From a virus (taxonomy: Duplodnaviria; Caudoviricetes), in IMG/VR virus record IMGVR_UViG_3300022927_002093, positions 1 through 50,294 of that record: DNA of 50,294 bases; one strand, 5' to 3'. Shown in pieces: positions 36,864-45,954 of this stretch. Under the pieces are notes generated by a model. The model made no database searches. It saw only the letters and a program-made list of their open reading frames with translations, and was not told the DNA's origin. Numbering within the stretch: position 1 is the stretch's first letter; every line of letters starts with the position of its first letter. The position numbers and the translations under genes are program-made.

Positions 36864-37783
36864 AAGGTGTCACTAATTGAGCGATTTTCTGTTAAACAGT
36901 GCAAAGTTGTTGCGAATAGTTCATTAGTCTCTATCACTTTTATCTTACCATTATTTTTAGTTTCATCTATAGGTATAGTGTCGGTGACTATCAACTCGTC
37001 CAAATCACTATTCTCAATCCTTTCATAAGCGGGTCCACTCATAACTGCATGAGTACACATAGCCCTAACTGTTCTCGCTCCGTTACTTTTCATCAAAGCG
37101 GCTGCGGTTGTAAGAGTTCCTGCAGTGTCACAAATATCATCTACAATAATAACATCTTTACCATATACGCTACCTATTACTTTCATATCTTCAATTTGGT
37201 TGGCAACCTTTCTTTGTTTATAACAAATTGCCATGTCTACACCCAAGATTTTTGAGTATGTGTTTGCTCTCTTAGTTCCACCAGTATCAGGAGTCGCAAT
37301 ACATAGGTTAGTATTATCCATTTTTTGTAGATATGGTACGAACAATGTATTGGCATATAAATGGTCTACAGGAACTTCAAAAAACCCTTGTATCTGGTCC
37401 GCGTGTAGGTCCATAGTAACTACTCTGTCAATACCAGCGGCAGTTAATAGGTTTGCAACAAGTTTTGCACCAATAGGTACTCTCGGTTGGTCTTTTCGGT
37501 CTTGTCTCGCATATCCAAAGTATGGTATAACTGCGATAATTCTTTTTGCACTTGCCCTTTTAGCGGCATCAACCAATAACAACAATTCCATAAGGTTATC
37601 TGTCGGTGGAAAGGTAGATTGTACTATCGCAACTTCATCACCTCTAATTGTCTCTTCAATACTAACTGAGAATTCACCATCACTAAATCTGTGAGTCTTA
37701 ACAGGAACCAATTTTGCTCCAAATGAATCTGCAACTTTTTTCGCGTACTCTTTTGAGGCTGAGCCGGCCATAATTTTCAACAT
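36851..37783 (-). CDS. prs: Ribose-phosphate pyrophosphokinase
   Basis: FSDGE, PYFGYARQDRK, DLHADQIQGFF, VDDICDTAGT. Confidence 0.96.
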   Translation of the reverse strand: MLKIMAGSASKEYAKKVADSFGAKLVPVKTHRFSDGEFSVSIEETIRGDEVAIVQSTFPPTDNLMELLLLVDAAKRASAKRIIAVIPYFGYARQDRKDQPRVPIGAKLVANLLTAAGIDRVVTMDLHADQIQGFFEVPVDHLYANTLFVPYLQKMDNTNLCIATPDTGGTKRANTYSKILGVDMAICYKQRKVANQIEDMKVIGSVYGKDVIIVDDICDTAGTLTTAAALMKSNGARTVRAMCTHAVMSGPAYERIENSDLDELIVTDTIPIDETKNNGKIKVIETNELFATTLHCLTENRSISDTFLVS

Positions 37784-37786
37784 TTT

Positions 37787-38332
37787 TTAAACTCTTTTTG
37801 AATATCCAACTACTTGATAAAAATCTTTTTTTCCTTCGGTGTACTCTTTCACAAGTTCCAAAAGGTTTCGAAACATAAATGCTCCTTTTGTTTGCTTTTC
37901 ACATTTACTAAACAACTCAATAAATGTGGTTAGTGTATCTATACTATAGTAACCACTATTAGATAGTCTACCGTGTTTTTCTTTAAGGTATTTGTTAACG
38001 TATTCTAATGTGTAACTATTTCTCTCTTCGATAGTATTAAACGGTTGTATTGCATCGTACATACCAATCATGTCGTAGATGTAGTTTTTTACCTCTTCCT
38101 TTTGTGTTTCACATTTAACCAAAAGGTCGACTATCCAGTGAGTATGGGAAGGCGTCCGAAGACGCCCTCCATCCTCTTTATATTTAACGATGAAATCTAA
38201 TTCAGGGTTTTCACCACGAAAACCTTGGTATATTCCAACGAGAGTTTTCTCATCTGTTTGATAGTATTTGAGTGGTGGGTAATAATCATCCGTACCTCTC
38301 TTCTTATATGTTAATGATTCAACAATATCCAT
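37787..38332 (-). CDS. Hypothetical protein (start revised from 38362)
   Basis: TGATG coupling at 38332; RLRTPSHTHWIVDLL motif. Confidence 0.7.
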   Translation of the reverse strand: MDIVESLTYKKRGTDDYYPPLKYYQTDEKTLVGIYQGFRGENPELDFIVKYKEDGGRLRTPSHTHWIVDLLVKCETQKEEVKNYIYDMIGMYDAIQPFNTIEERNSYTLEYVNKYLKEKHGRLSNSGYYSIDTLTTFIELFSKCEKQTKGAFMFRNLLELVKEYTEGKKDFYQVVGYSKRV

Positions 38333-38793
38333 CAGAAATTGCCATTTGCAACTTGAAAACATTGTAGGTTGTTATCCCTCCACATATTTACAACTTTATC
38401 CCTGTCATCGAACACACAAAGAATATCATCTTTCTTATCACCAGGGAAAAGACTATCCAACCAATGTTGCTTCAACTCATCATCTGGCATATACATCCAA
38501 TCCTTACTGGTGGGTCTCATTTTGATAACATCGTAAGGAACATCAAACTTATCCAACCATCTTTTAGTTTCACTTTTAGTTCCCTTAGAACGTCCTGAAA
38601 AGATTACGATACGGTTCTTTTGACTCAACATCTGAGCCATTTGAATCACAACTTCATTGGGTGTATCAAACCAAATGTTCTCAGGGGTGAAGAAAATGTC
38701 CCAATCAATCTTACCATTCTCTTTGGTGGACATCTCTCTCCGTTTGGTGATGTCTGCCAAAGTTCCGTCCAAATCAAAAATAACTGTTTTCAT
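38332..38793 (-). CDS. HAD-family phosphatase, polynucleotide 3'-phosphatase-like
   Basis: FDLDGTLA, FSGR, KMRP, FDDR. Confidence 0.88.
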   Translation of the reverse strand: MKTVIFDLDGTLADITKRREMSTKENGKIDWDIFFTPENIWFDTPNEVVIQMAQMLSQKNRIVIFSGRSKGTKSETKRWLDKFDVPYDVIKMRPTSKDWMYMPDDELKQHWLDSLFPGDKKDDILCVFDDRDKVVNMWRDNNLQCFQVANGNF

Positions 38794-38797
38794 AAGA

Positions 38798-38828
38798 CAA
38801 ATATAAGGTAAAATTTCTATTAATCAAA
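38798..38828 (-). promoter_or_regulatory. Bacteroidota sigmaA-type promoter, probably giving a leaderless mRNA
   Basis: TTTG-N19-TATATTTG-tctt-ATG. Confidence 0.7.
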
Positions 38829-38942
38829 ATAATTTTCTTCAATCCAATCCGCCATATCATCTTCACCCATGTCTCTCATCATTGTGTATACACCATCCGC
38901 GTCTGAGACCGCAATCAACATTTTAATCATTTCTTCGTTCAT
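38820..38942 (-). CDS. 40 aa acidic microprotein; absent from ORF track
   Basis: MNEEMIKMLIAVSDADGVYTMMRDMGEDDMADWIEENYFD fills the gap between genes. Confidence 0.55.
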   Translation of the reverse strand: MNEEMIKMLIAVSDADGVYTMMRDMGEDDMADWIEENYFD

Positions 38943-38953
38943 AAAAAAAGTAG

Positions 38954-39787
38954 TTACAAGTCTAATTTAGATTGTATTTGTGATAACCTTTTACTTTCAA
39001 TAATACAATATTCTTCTGACAATTCAGACCCTATATAATTACGATTACTTAATATTGACATTTTAGAAGTTGTTCCAGAGCCCATGAATGGGTCATAAAT
39101 CAATTCACCTTCATTAGTCCAACTCTCAATGTGGCGCTTCGCCAATTCTTCGGGAAAAATTGCGGGGTGTTCAAATGCAACATCGTCTTTACTTGTGTTT
39201 CCCCAACCAACATAAAAATCCCAAATATTATAGTCAGGAACCATTTCTTTGACATAATAATCGTTCTCATTAAAATCCCCATCTTTATTACGTGAAAATT
39301 TCTTTTTTCTATAAGTTCTTTTGTCTTCACATTTATTACTTCTTTCTCTTAGTGATATATTTGTAGTTTTAGGTGACCCTTTTGATAAAACAAACATATA
39401 TTCAAACATTTGTTGATATCTTTTACCAGCATTAGGCATTGGGTTTAGTTTCCGATAAATCATCGTGTCGTGCATCCTGAATCCAACTTCTTTAAAAAAT
39501 AAAGCTTGTCTAAATGAATTAAGTGTCTCGGAGCCTTTGTGTGTTGCGTCATTAATTACCCACACGACTACACCACCTTTTTTAGTAACCCTAAACAATT
39601 CTTTTGCAATTTCTTCAAAAGGAAATGAGTATCCATTAAATTCATCACTTAAGCCTTTTATTTTTTTATTGTAATTTCTTATATCATCATAAGGTGGTGA
39701 CGTTACTGTACAATCTATAAAATTATCAGGCATTTTACTCATCGTTTCTAGACAACTCTCATTATATGTTTTATTTACTTCAATCAT
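38954..39787 (-). CDS. Site-specific DNA methyltransferase (N4-C/N6-A, beta class)
   Basis: TSPPY, HPAIFP, DPFMGSGTT. Confidence 0.93.
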   Translation of the reverse strand: MIEVNKTYNESCLETMSKMPDNFIDCTVTSPPYDDIRNYNKKIKGLSDEFNGYSFPFEEIAKELFRVTKKGGVVVWVINDATHKGSETLNSFRQALFFKEVGFRMHDTMIYRKLNPMPNAGKRYQQMFEYMFVLSKGSPKTTNISLRERSNKCEDKRTYRKKKFSRNKDGDFNENDYYVKEMVPDYNIWDFYVGWGNTSKDDVAFEHPAIFPEELAKRHIESWTNEGELIYDPFMGSGTTSKMSILSNRNYIGSELSEEYCIIESKRLSQIQSKLDL

Positions 39788-40359
39788 GAATTTATTTTTT
39801 CAATACATTTATTATAAATTTCATCAAAATCACTCTTAATCCAAATTTGAAAATATATGTCTACCCCCACTTTCACATTTTGTCTATTAGGAAAGTAAAA
39901 TTCAGAACTTAAAGGTATTGAGTTTATTAATCTTAGGTTCTGAATTTTATCCCCGCAGTAAAATTTACCTTTATACTCAAAGTACTGTGGAAGTATAAAT
40001 GCAACTACATCTGAAAATTTAGATGCATGATTTATAAACTTAACAGCTAAATCTCCTCTGTGTCCAAATGGTGGACCACCAACTGTTATATACTTACCAT
40101 TTTCGGGTTCCCATTCTAAGAAGTTAGATTCAATAATCTCTTCGTTCCTTGGTTCGATATCAACACCTATTCTCCTACCTACCGGTAGTTTTTTTAAGAA
40201 CGCACCGTCACCTGCTGATGGTTCAATATATGTATATTCTTCTTCTATTAAATTAAACTCACTTATCCTATTATTAAGTTCATTTAAACAGATATCAACC
40301 ATACTATCATAAGCAAAGTATTGGTCTCTTTTTTCATAATGTAGTATTTCCTTATTCAT
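39784..40359 (-). CDS. SAM-dependent DNA methyltransferase-like protein (start revised from 40389)
   Basis: DQYF, IEPSAGDG, VDIEP, GGPPFG, AFILP. Confidence 0.8.
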   Translation of the reverse strand: MNKEILHYEKRDQYFAYDSMVDICLNELNNRISEFNLIEEEYTYIEPSAGDGAFLKKLPVGRRIGVDIEPRNEEIIESNFLEWEPENGKYITVGGPPFGHRGDLAVKFINHASKFSDVVAFILPQYFEYKGKFYCGDKIQNLRLINSIPLSSEFYFPNRQNVKVGVDIYFQIWIKSDFDEIYNKCIEKINS

Positions 40360-40795
40360 AAAATAAAACCTCCACCCCACTTTCTTCAAACATCACTCGT
40401 GACCTAGCAGCATGTGCGTCCCAATGTTCACGGTTACGAGTGGTGTCTTGTTTCTTACAGTAGATTCTTTTAATCCCTGCGTTTATAATCCCCCTACAAC
40501 AATCAGAACACGGAACTCCACAGGTTAGGTACATAGTACAATCTTTAGTAGACACTCCTATACGCGCAGCATTTAGTATTGCGTTCATCTCGGCATGGAC
40601 AATCCAATAATACTTTTCAGGTCTTACCTGTCTTTCATCCACCTCATCATTAATACCACGAGGAAATGAGTTATATCCTGTGGATACAATCTCATTGTCC
40701 TGTCCAACTATTACAGCACCTATCTGAGTACGTTTATCTTTGGATTTAAGTTTTACTGTCTCAGCAATATTCAAAAAGTATTCAGTCCAATTCAT
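40352..40795 (-). CDS. dCMP deaminase
   Basis: GYNSFPRG, HAEMNA, PCSDC. Confidence 0.92.
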   Translation of the reverse strand: MNWTEYFLNIAETVKLKSKDKRTQIGAVIVGQDNEIVSTGYNSFPRGINDEVDERQVRPEKYYWIVHAEMNAILNAARIGVSTKDCTMYLTCGVPCSDCCRGIINAGIKRIYCKKQDTTRNREHWDAHAARSRVMFEESGVEVLFYE

Positions 40796-43167
40796 TGTAT
40801 GACTTTTGAAATATTTTTATTCTTTTCTATCTTAACTATTGTGTCAGACCATTGCCCTACCATAGGGTTGTGAGTTATAACAAATATTTTTTCGAAATAT
40901 GATTTAATCTTGTGGAAAAACTCTGATACCATCTCAAGATTATCATTTGATATCTTACCAAATACCTCATCGAATACTACTACGTTTGGTTTTGGTAGTG
41001 AACATACTTTGGATAGTACCGCTCTTAACGCAAGTGATGCTATCGTTTTTTCATAACCACTACCACTACTCATCAACTTTTCAATCTGTGTATTATTATC
41101 AACCATCCAAAACTCAACCTCATCTTTTTCAGATATACGAACTTCTAATTTAAACTCCGCAGAATCCATAAGGAGTCTTTGTAATTCAGAATTTATAACA
41201 GGTGTCATACTTCTCATTATCATTTTAGATATACCTTTCTTTCCAAACAGCTCTAAGTATATCTTATATATTCTAAGTTTTTCCTCCTCCTCTTTAATCC
41301 TTTGTATGAACTCGTTAAGTTCTTTAATCTTATCCTTATATTTTTCTATGTTATTATTTGAAGTTGTAATATCTGAATTAATTATTTCCTTTTCATTTGT
41401 TAATTCGTCTAATCTCATGTCGGCTTTTAGAAGTATTTCATCAATCTTATTATTTTCTTTGACTTTAACTTCCTGTTCTCTAAATCTACTGAGAGTGTCT
41501 ATAACCCCTTTCTTTTTTAATTCAAAGGATTCAATTTGTATTTCATACTTTTCCTTTATTAGTTTGTTTTTTTCGTACTCATCAAATTGATTCTTAAGGT
41601 CGACAAAACTTTCTTCTTGTATAGTATATTCCTTAACCTGTTTAGTTATTTTATTTAAACTACCTTTCAACTCCACCAATTCTTTTTTTCTCTTATCAGA
41701 ATATTCAGATTGAGCTAAGGTAATACCGCAGTATTGACATTTAATCCCACCTTCAAATTCTTTTAACTCTCCTTCAATATCTGTAATCTTTGAATTTGTG
41801 GTCCCTAAGTTAATTTCTGATATCAACAATAGTTCTTTTACACTATCGTGTTTATCTTCTTCATACCCTTTTGGTGGTTCTGTTGTGTTAAGTTCGTTAA
41901 TTTCTTTTTGGGTGTTTGTTATCTTTGACTCATAATCTTTTATCTCTAAGTCTAAGTCGTTTGGATTTACTCTGAGTAAGTCTTTATCTATACCCGTGTG
42001 TTTCTTTTGAATCCACTCGTCACGATATTTTTGTCCTTTGTCAATCCTTTCATTAACGTCTTTGATTTGTTCGTTATATCTTTTAATATTACTTTCTTCG
42101 TCAGATATACTTTCTTTGTTACCCTCAATATCTGATTTTAAATTTTCAACGTTATATAGGTTGGAGGTCATTCTTTTAGTAAAGTTCGACACAATCTCTT
42201 TCGCCGCCTCTTCTTTAAGTTTAAGACTATCCAAACCTAAGAATCTAGATAGTACTTGTCCTCTTGATGTGGGTTTAGAATCGATGAGTTCCTCTAAATT
42301 ACTTGCGGTGGTAAGGATAGTCATAAGGAAATCATTCATCTCACCTATGGACCTCTTAATAAACTCTTCGGTTTCTCTTCTTTGTTCACCAGTAAAATTC
42401 ACCAAAGAACCATCAGATAATTTTTTAAAAAAATCTAATTTGGTACTTACCGTAAAACCGTCTCCACTTCGTTTAGGTTTTCTTATTACTTCACGAACTA
42501 ATATATAGTTTTCACCGTCTATTGTAATATCACCCTTAACACTAACCTTATTCTTATCTCTAAACCTGTTGAATACTTCTTCAGCCTTACTTGTTTTGGT
42601 TGTGGTATTAAAAAATAAAAAAAGTAAAAGGTCAACTGTCAATACTGTCTTACCTCCAAAGTTTGGTGGGTTTGACTCGATAGCTGTAATACCTTTCACT
42701 TTATTAAAATCCAAAACCTGATTATCACCAAAGGATAAAAAGTTAGAAAACTCAATTTTATTAATGTACCATTTTTTGAATGGTGTTATATCTGACTTTT
42801 CAGCACTTACTTTATTTTCAACAATACCATCAAACTCAAGTATATCTTTTTCGTCATCAGATAATTCGTGAACCTTTAGGTATTTTGTAATTAAATCCTT
42901 TTGGAAGTTCTCGTCGAGAATGTTCATAGATACATCAACCGATTGTATTTCGTCGTCAGACGATTTCACTTTAGTAACTACATTAACATTTTTTGAGCCG
43001 TATTTTTTCTCAAAATAAGAACGAACCCTCTTTATTCTTTCTTGTGTGAAATTATCAGGTGTATCTTCCCACACCACTTGTATGTATGGGTTTTTAAGTT
43101 CTTCTAACTTTAAGTTGTGGTTCATATTAACGTAATCAAAATCTTTCGGTTGATTAAAAAGGTCCAT
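40792..43167 (-). CDS. SbcC/Rad50/gp46-like ATPase with N-terminal extension
   Basis: FSNFLSFG, NFGGKT Walker A, CQYC hook, SGYE signature, VFDE, ITH. Confidence 0.9.
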   Translation of the reverse strand: MDLFNQPKDFDYVNMNHNLKLEELKNPYIQVVWEDTPDNFTQERIKRVRSYFEKKYGSKNVNVVTKVKSSDDEIQSVDVSMNILDENFQKDLITKYLKVHELSDDEKDILEFDGIVENKVSAEKSDITPFKKWYINKIEFSNFLSFGDNQVLDFNKVKGITAIESNPPNFGGKTVLTVDLLLFLFFNTTTKTSKAEEVFNRFRDKNKVSVKGDITIDGENYILVREVIRKPKRSGDGFTVSTKLDFFKKLSDGSLVNFTGEQRRETEEFIKRSIGEMNDFLMTILTTASNLEELIDSKPTSRGQVLSRFLGLDSLKLKEEAAKEIVSNFTKRMTSNLYNVENLKSDIEGNKESISDEESNIKRYNEQIKDVNERIDKGQKYRDEWIQKKHTGIDKDLLRVNPNDLDLEIKDYESKITNTQKEINELNTTEPPKGYEEDKHDSVKELLLISEINLGTTNSKITDIEGELKEFEGGIKCQYCGITLAQSEYSDKRKKELVELKGSLNKITKQVKEYTIQEESFVDLKNQFDEYEKNKLIKEKYEIQIESFELKKKGVIDTLSRFREQEVKVKENNKIDEILLKADMRLDELTNEKEIINSDITTSNNNIEKYKDKIKELNEFIQRIKEEEEKLRIYKIYLELFGKKGISKMIMRSMTPVINSELQRLLMDSAEFKLEVRISEKDEVEFWMVDNNTQIEKLMSSGSGYEKTIASLALRAVLSKVCSLPKPNVVVFDEVFGKISNDNLEMVSEFFHKIKSYFEKIFVITHNPMVGQWSDTIVKIEKNKNISKVIQ

Positions 43168-43373
43168 TACAAACTTATGTTCATAGACTCTGAAGTATCT
43201 ATTTCTTGATTTTCAGTTTCTCCTGAAGGAGCTCTCATTTCTTCAAGTTTCTTCATCATTTCTTCTTCCCACATTTTCTGCATCTGTGTTCTTTGATTTT
43301 GAATGTTTTGATTTCTAGCTTGGACTCTCTTACGGTGAGCTTTCTCACCTCCTCTTTTTCTTGATTTAGGCAT
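43167..43373 (-). CDS. Small basic hypothetical protein
   Basis: 68 aa; TAATG coupling. Confidence 0.7.
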   Translation of the reverse strand: MPKSRKRGGEKAHRKRVQARNQNIQNQRTQMQKMWEEEMMKKLEEMRAPSGETENQEIDTSESMNISL

Positions 43374-43397
43374 GATATTTATATTTAAATTATTATT

Positions 43398-43616
43398 ATG
43401 AAAAAATTTATTAAAACTTTTTTAGACAATTTTTGGGTAAAGTTATTATTTTCTATTTCTATTATTGTCTCTTCAATCCCTTCAATAATACAAGATTTTA
43501 CTGAACCTGTCAACAATGGTTATACCCATTATGGTTTATTTATTGTAGGTATAATGTATTTATTAGAAAGTTTATTATGGATACTAGACATTTGGAACAC
43601 CTCAGAAAAAGATTGA
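43398..43616 (+). CDS. Small two-TM membrane protein
   Basis: 72 aa with two hydrophobic segments. Confidence 0.7.
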   Translation: MKKFIKTFLDNFWVKLLFSISIIVSSIPSIIQDFTEPVNNGYTHYGLFIVGIMYLLESLLWILDIWNTSEKD

Positions 43617-43972
43617 ATACATTTGAAGAAGATATATTTTCGAATAAGGATATTGATACTTCAGAATTTTTTAAGTTAAAGAAGGAGTTAATCGATAATA
43701 GGTCCGATTGTAAAGACTTACTAGAGCTTTTCGATATTTTAGAATCTACATTAGAAAAAATTCAATCTGATAGGATGAACAAACGTCTTAATATTTTGAC
43801 TATATGGTCGACTTTGTTTCTTCCCCTATCTTTTTTTACCGGTCTTTTTGGTATGAATTTCAATGATATACCGTTACTTCAAAATCATTATGGTTTTTGG
43901 TTTTTTGTTGTTATCAGTGTAATAACCGTGGGCTGGTTGTGGGTTTATTTTAAACGTAATAAGTGGTTTTAA
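43577..43972 (+). CDS. Truncated CorA-family Mg2+ channel (stalk plus TM1-GMN-TM2 only)
   Basis: RMNKRLNILTIWSTLFLPLSFFTGLFGMNFNDIP...YFKRNKWF. Confidence 0.85.
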   Translation: MDTRHLEHLRKRLNTFEEDIFSNKDIDTSEFFKLKKELIDNRSDCKDLLELFDILESTLEKIQSDRMNKRLNILTIWSTLFLPLSFFTGLFGMNFNDIPLLQNHYGFWFFVVISVITVGWLWVYFKRNKWF

Positions 43973-44304
43973 GGTCTGTTCTCCTCAAACCATTCAACTA
44001 TTGCGTTAATAGCCCATACACTTCCTGAAGCTAACATACCGTCGAAAAATAACCCAAATGCGGGATGTACACCCCAAAACCATGTTGTAGGTGAGAAAAA
44101 CAAACTCATAAAGAATCCCACCCAAGTCGATGTACACATCATACATGCTATTAACCCTGATAAGAATTTAAATAGTGGTGTTATCAAAAATATTTTAGTA
44201 TCTACCATACTATGTATAGAGTTACGTAATCCTTCAAATATGGAGCCGTATACTAAAATATTACTCATTCCATAAGCAGCTAATATCCAAATTAAAAATT
44301 CCAT
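43969..44304 (-). CDS. Membrane protein with CxxC..W motif (DUF1360-like)
   Basis: LIACMMCTSTWVG. Confidence 0.65.
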   Translation of the reverse strand: MEFLIWILAAYGMSNILVYGSIFEGLRNSIHSMVDTKIFLITPLFKFLSGLIACMMCTSTWVGFFMSLFFSPTTWFWGVHPAFGLFFDGMLASGSVWAINAIVEWFEENRP

Positions 44305-45203
44305 TATCTATATAAATTGTCGTTTATATTTGATGACCTCATATATTGTGCTTTAGTCGGTCCTTTTACTTTCTGTAATTCTACAACATTTTTTTCCAAT
44401 TGTAAAATGTTATCGTCTTTTTTTATTATGTCTTCTCTAAGTTGTTTAATGGTGTCCTGAAGTTTTTTCTGCTTATCTTTATTCTCCACTTCTCTAATAA
44501 CCTCAACTTCTTTTATTACTTCTTTAATAACTTCAATGGGTTTTTCTACTTCCTTTATAATCTCTTTGATGACTTCGATAGGTTTTTCAACCTCCTTAAT
44601 GACTTCTACTTCAATCTCTTTTATTACCTCTTTCTCAACTATCTCAGGTGGAGTATTTTCGAGTGTCTCTATTTTTTTTATTAGTTCTTTAATTTTACTA
44701 TCATCTGTAATATAAACTTCCTTTTCAACTATCTTTTCTATAGGTACTTCTTTTACAACCTCTTTAATAACAATCTTATCTATAGGTATTTCTTTTGTCA
44801 CTTCAACTATTTTTTCAATCTCTTTCTCGACAATAACTTCTTTAATAACCTCAGTGGGTATTTCTTTAATAACTTCCACAGGGACTTCCTTAATAACCTC
44901 CTTAATTATTTCCACTGGTTTTTCTACTATAACTTCTTTGGTAACTTCTACTTCAACCTCTCTCACCACTTCTTTTATTACTTCTACAGGAATTTCTTTT
45001 ATTACCTCCTTTATCACTTCTTTTTCTATTACAGTTTGCCCGTCAATAGTTAATAAACCATATTTTTCTATTTGATATCCTTTATTAAAGCATTCTTTGA
45101 CGAATTCTTCAACATCTGTAAACTCGTTTAATTTACAAAATACTTCAATATCTTTTATTTCGTTTGGGTCAAGTTTAAACATTAACAAGTTTCTCTTTTC
45201 CAT
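44304..45203 (-). CDS. Protein with long EVIKE/VEKP repeat tract (alveolin/articulin-like) and C-terminal coiled coil
   Basis: About 180 aa of E/V/I/K/P repeats. Confidence 0.8.
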   Translation of the reverse strand: MEKRNLLMFKLDPNEIKDIEVFCKLNEFTDVEEFVKECFNKGYQIEKYGLLTIDGQTVIEKEVIKEVIKEIPVEVIKEVVREVEVEVTKEVIVEKPVEIIKEVIKEVPVEVIKEIPTEVIKEVIVEKEIEKIVEVTKEIPIDKIVIKEVVKEVPIEKIVEKEVYITDDSKIKELIKKIETLENTPPEIVEKEVIKEIEVEVIKEVEKPIEVIKEIIKEVEKPIEVIKEVIKEVEVIREVENKDKQKKLQDTIKQLREDIIKKDDNILQLEKNVVELQKVKGPTKAQYMRSSNINDNLYR

Positions 45204-45954
45204 TTTCTAAATCCTCTATGGAATTTATTTTAAAGTTTAGGAATGGTCTTGGGTTGGATAGGTCAAAAGTTTCGTATTTATTTTTATCTACGTAGTATAT
45301 ACCGTACCCATGTCTATTCACACTCTCACCAAAGTTTTGTTGTATGGTAGAGCCAATCATATACGCTTTCTTTTTACCAGGAATACTGAATGTCTGTCTT
45401 TTATGTATGTCACCACATAATACTAAGTCACACCCTTTGAATCTATCTGTGTCAAACCCATCTTCAAATTTGTATCCAATATCAGTTGTAAGACCTTGTA
45501 TAGGTCCATGGAATAAACCAATTTTAAGATTATCTGACTTATCTATTTGAGGTCTAATATTGTGATTAACTAATGAATAAACAACCCAATCAATATTCTC
45601 GTCAGTATATACACCTCCATCTTTATAATATACTATCATATTATTTTCTAAAGAATCTATAATAGGTGACAATGCATCTACCCTATTTAAATTACTTTCC
45701 AAAAAATCATGATTACCAATAATTAAAACTGTCTTACATATCTTAGAACATTCAGTAAGAATCCACACAACAAAATTAATTAACTCAGGTGTCATCTGAT
45801 TTTTAGAATGTACTAAATCACCTGTAAAAACAATTCTATCAGGTTCTTGTTTTTTCCATTCCTTTAACGCATTAGTCATAATTTCACGATATAAATCGTG
45901 GTCTTTAAATAACCTTACGTGAAGGTCTGAAAAATGTATAATCTTATTAATCAT
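45175..45954 (-). CDS. SbcD/Mre11/gp47-like metallophosphoesterase nuclease
   Basis: SDLH, TGDLVH, GNHD, FHG, GDIH, QQNFGE. Confidence 0.88.
   Translation of the reverse strand: MINKIIHFSDLHVRLFKDHDLYREIMTNALKEWKKQEPDRIVFTGDLVHSKNQMTPELINFVVWILTECSKICKTVLIIGNHDFLESNLNRVDALSPIIDSLENNMIVYYKDGGVYTDENIDWVVYSLVNHNIRPQIDKSDNLKIGLFHGPIQGLTTDIGYKFEDGFDTDRFKGCDLVLCGDIHKRQTFSIPGKKKAYMIGSTIQQNFGESVNRHGYGIYYVDKNKYETFDLSNPRPFLNFKINSIEDLENGKEKLVNV

Noticed and set aside
37233-37694. 153 aa plus-strand ORF
   Set aside because: Antisense shadow of prs
37787-38332. Possible restriction endonuclease partner for the nearby methyltransferases
   Set aside because: No recognisable PD-(D/E)XK, HNH or GIY-YIG motif, and not adjacent to an MTase; cannot be supported without a profile search
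42038-42508. 156 aa plus-strand ORF
   Set aside because: Antisense shadow of the SbcC-like gene with Ser/Leu-rich shadow composition; the same applies to most short ORFs nested in or opposite long genes
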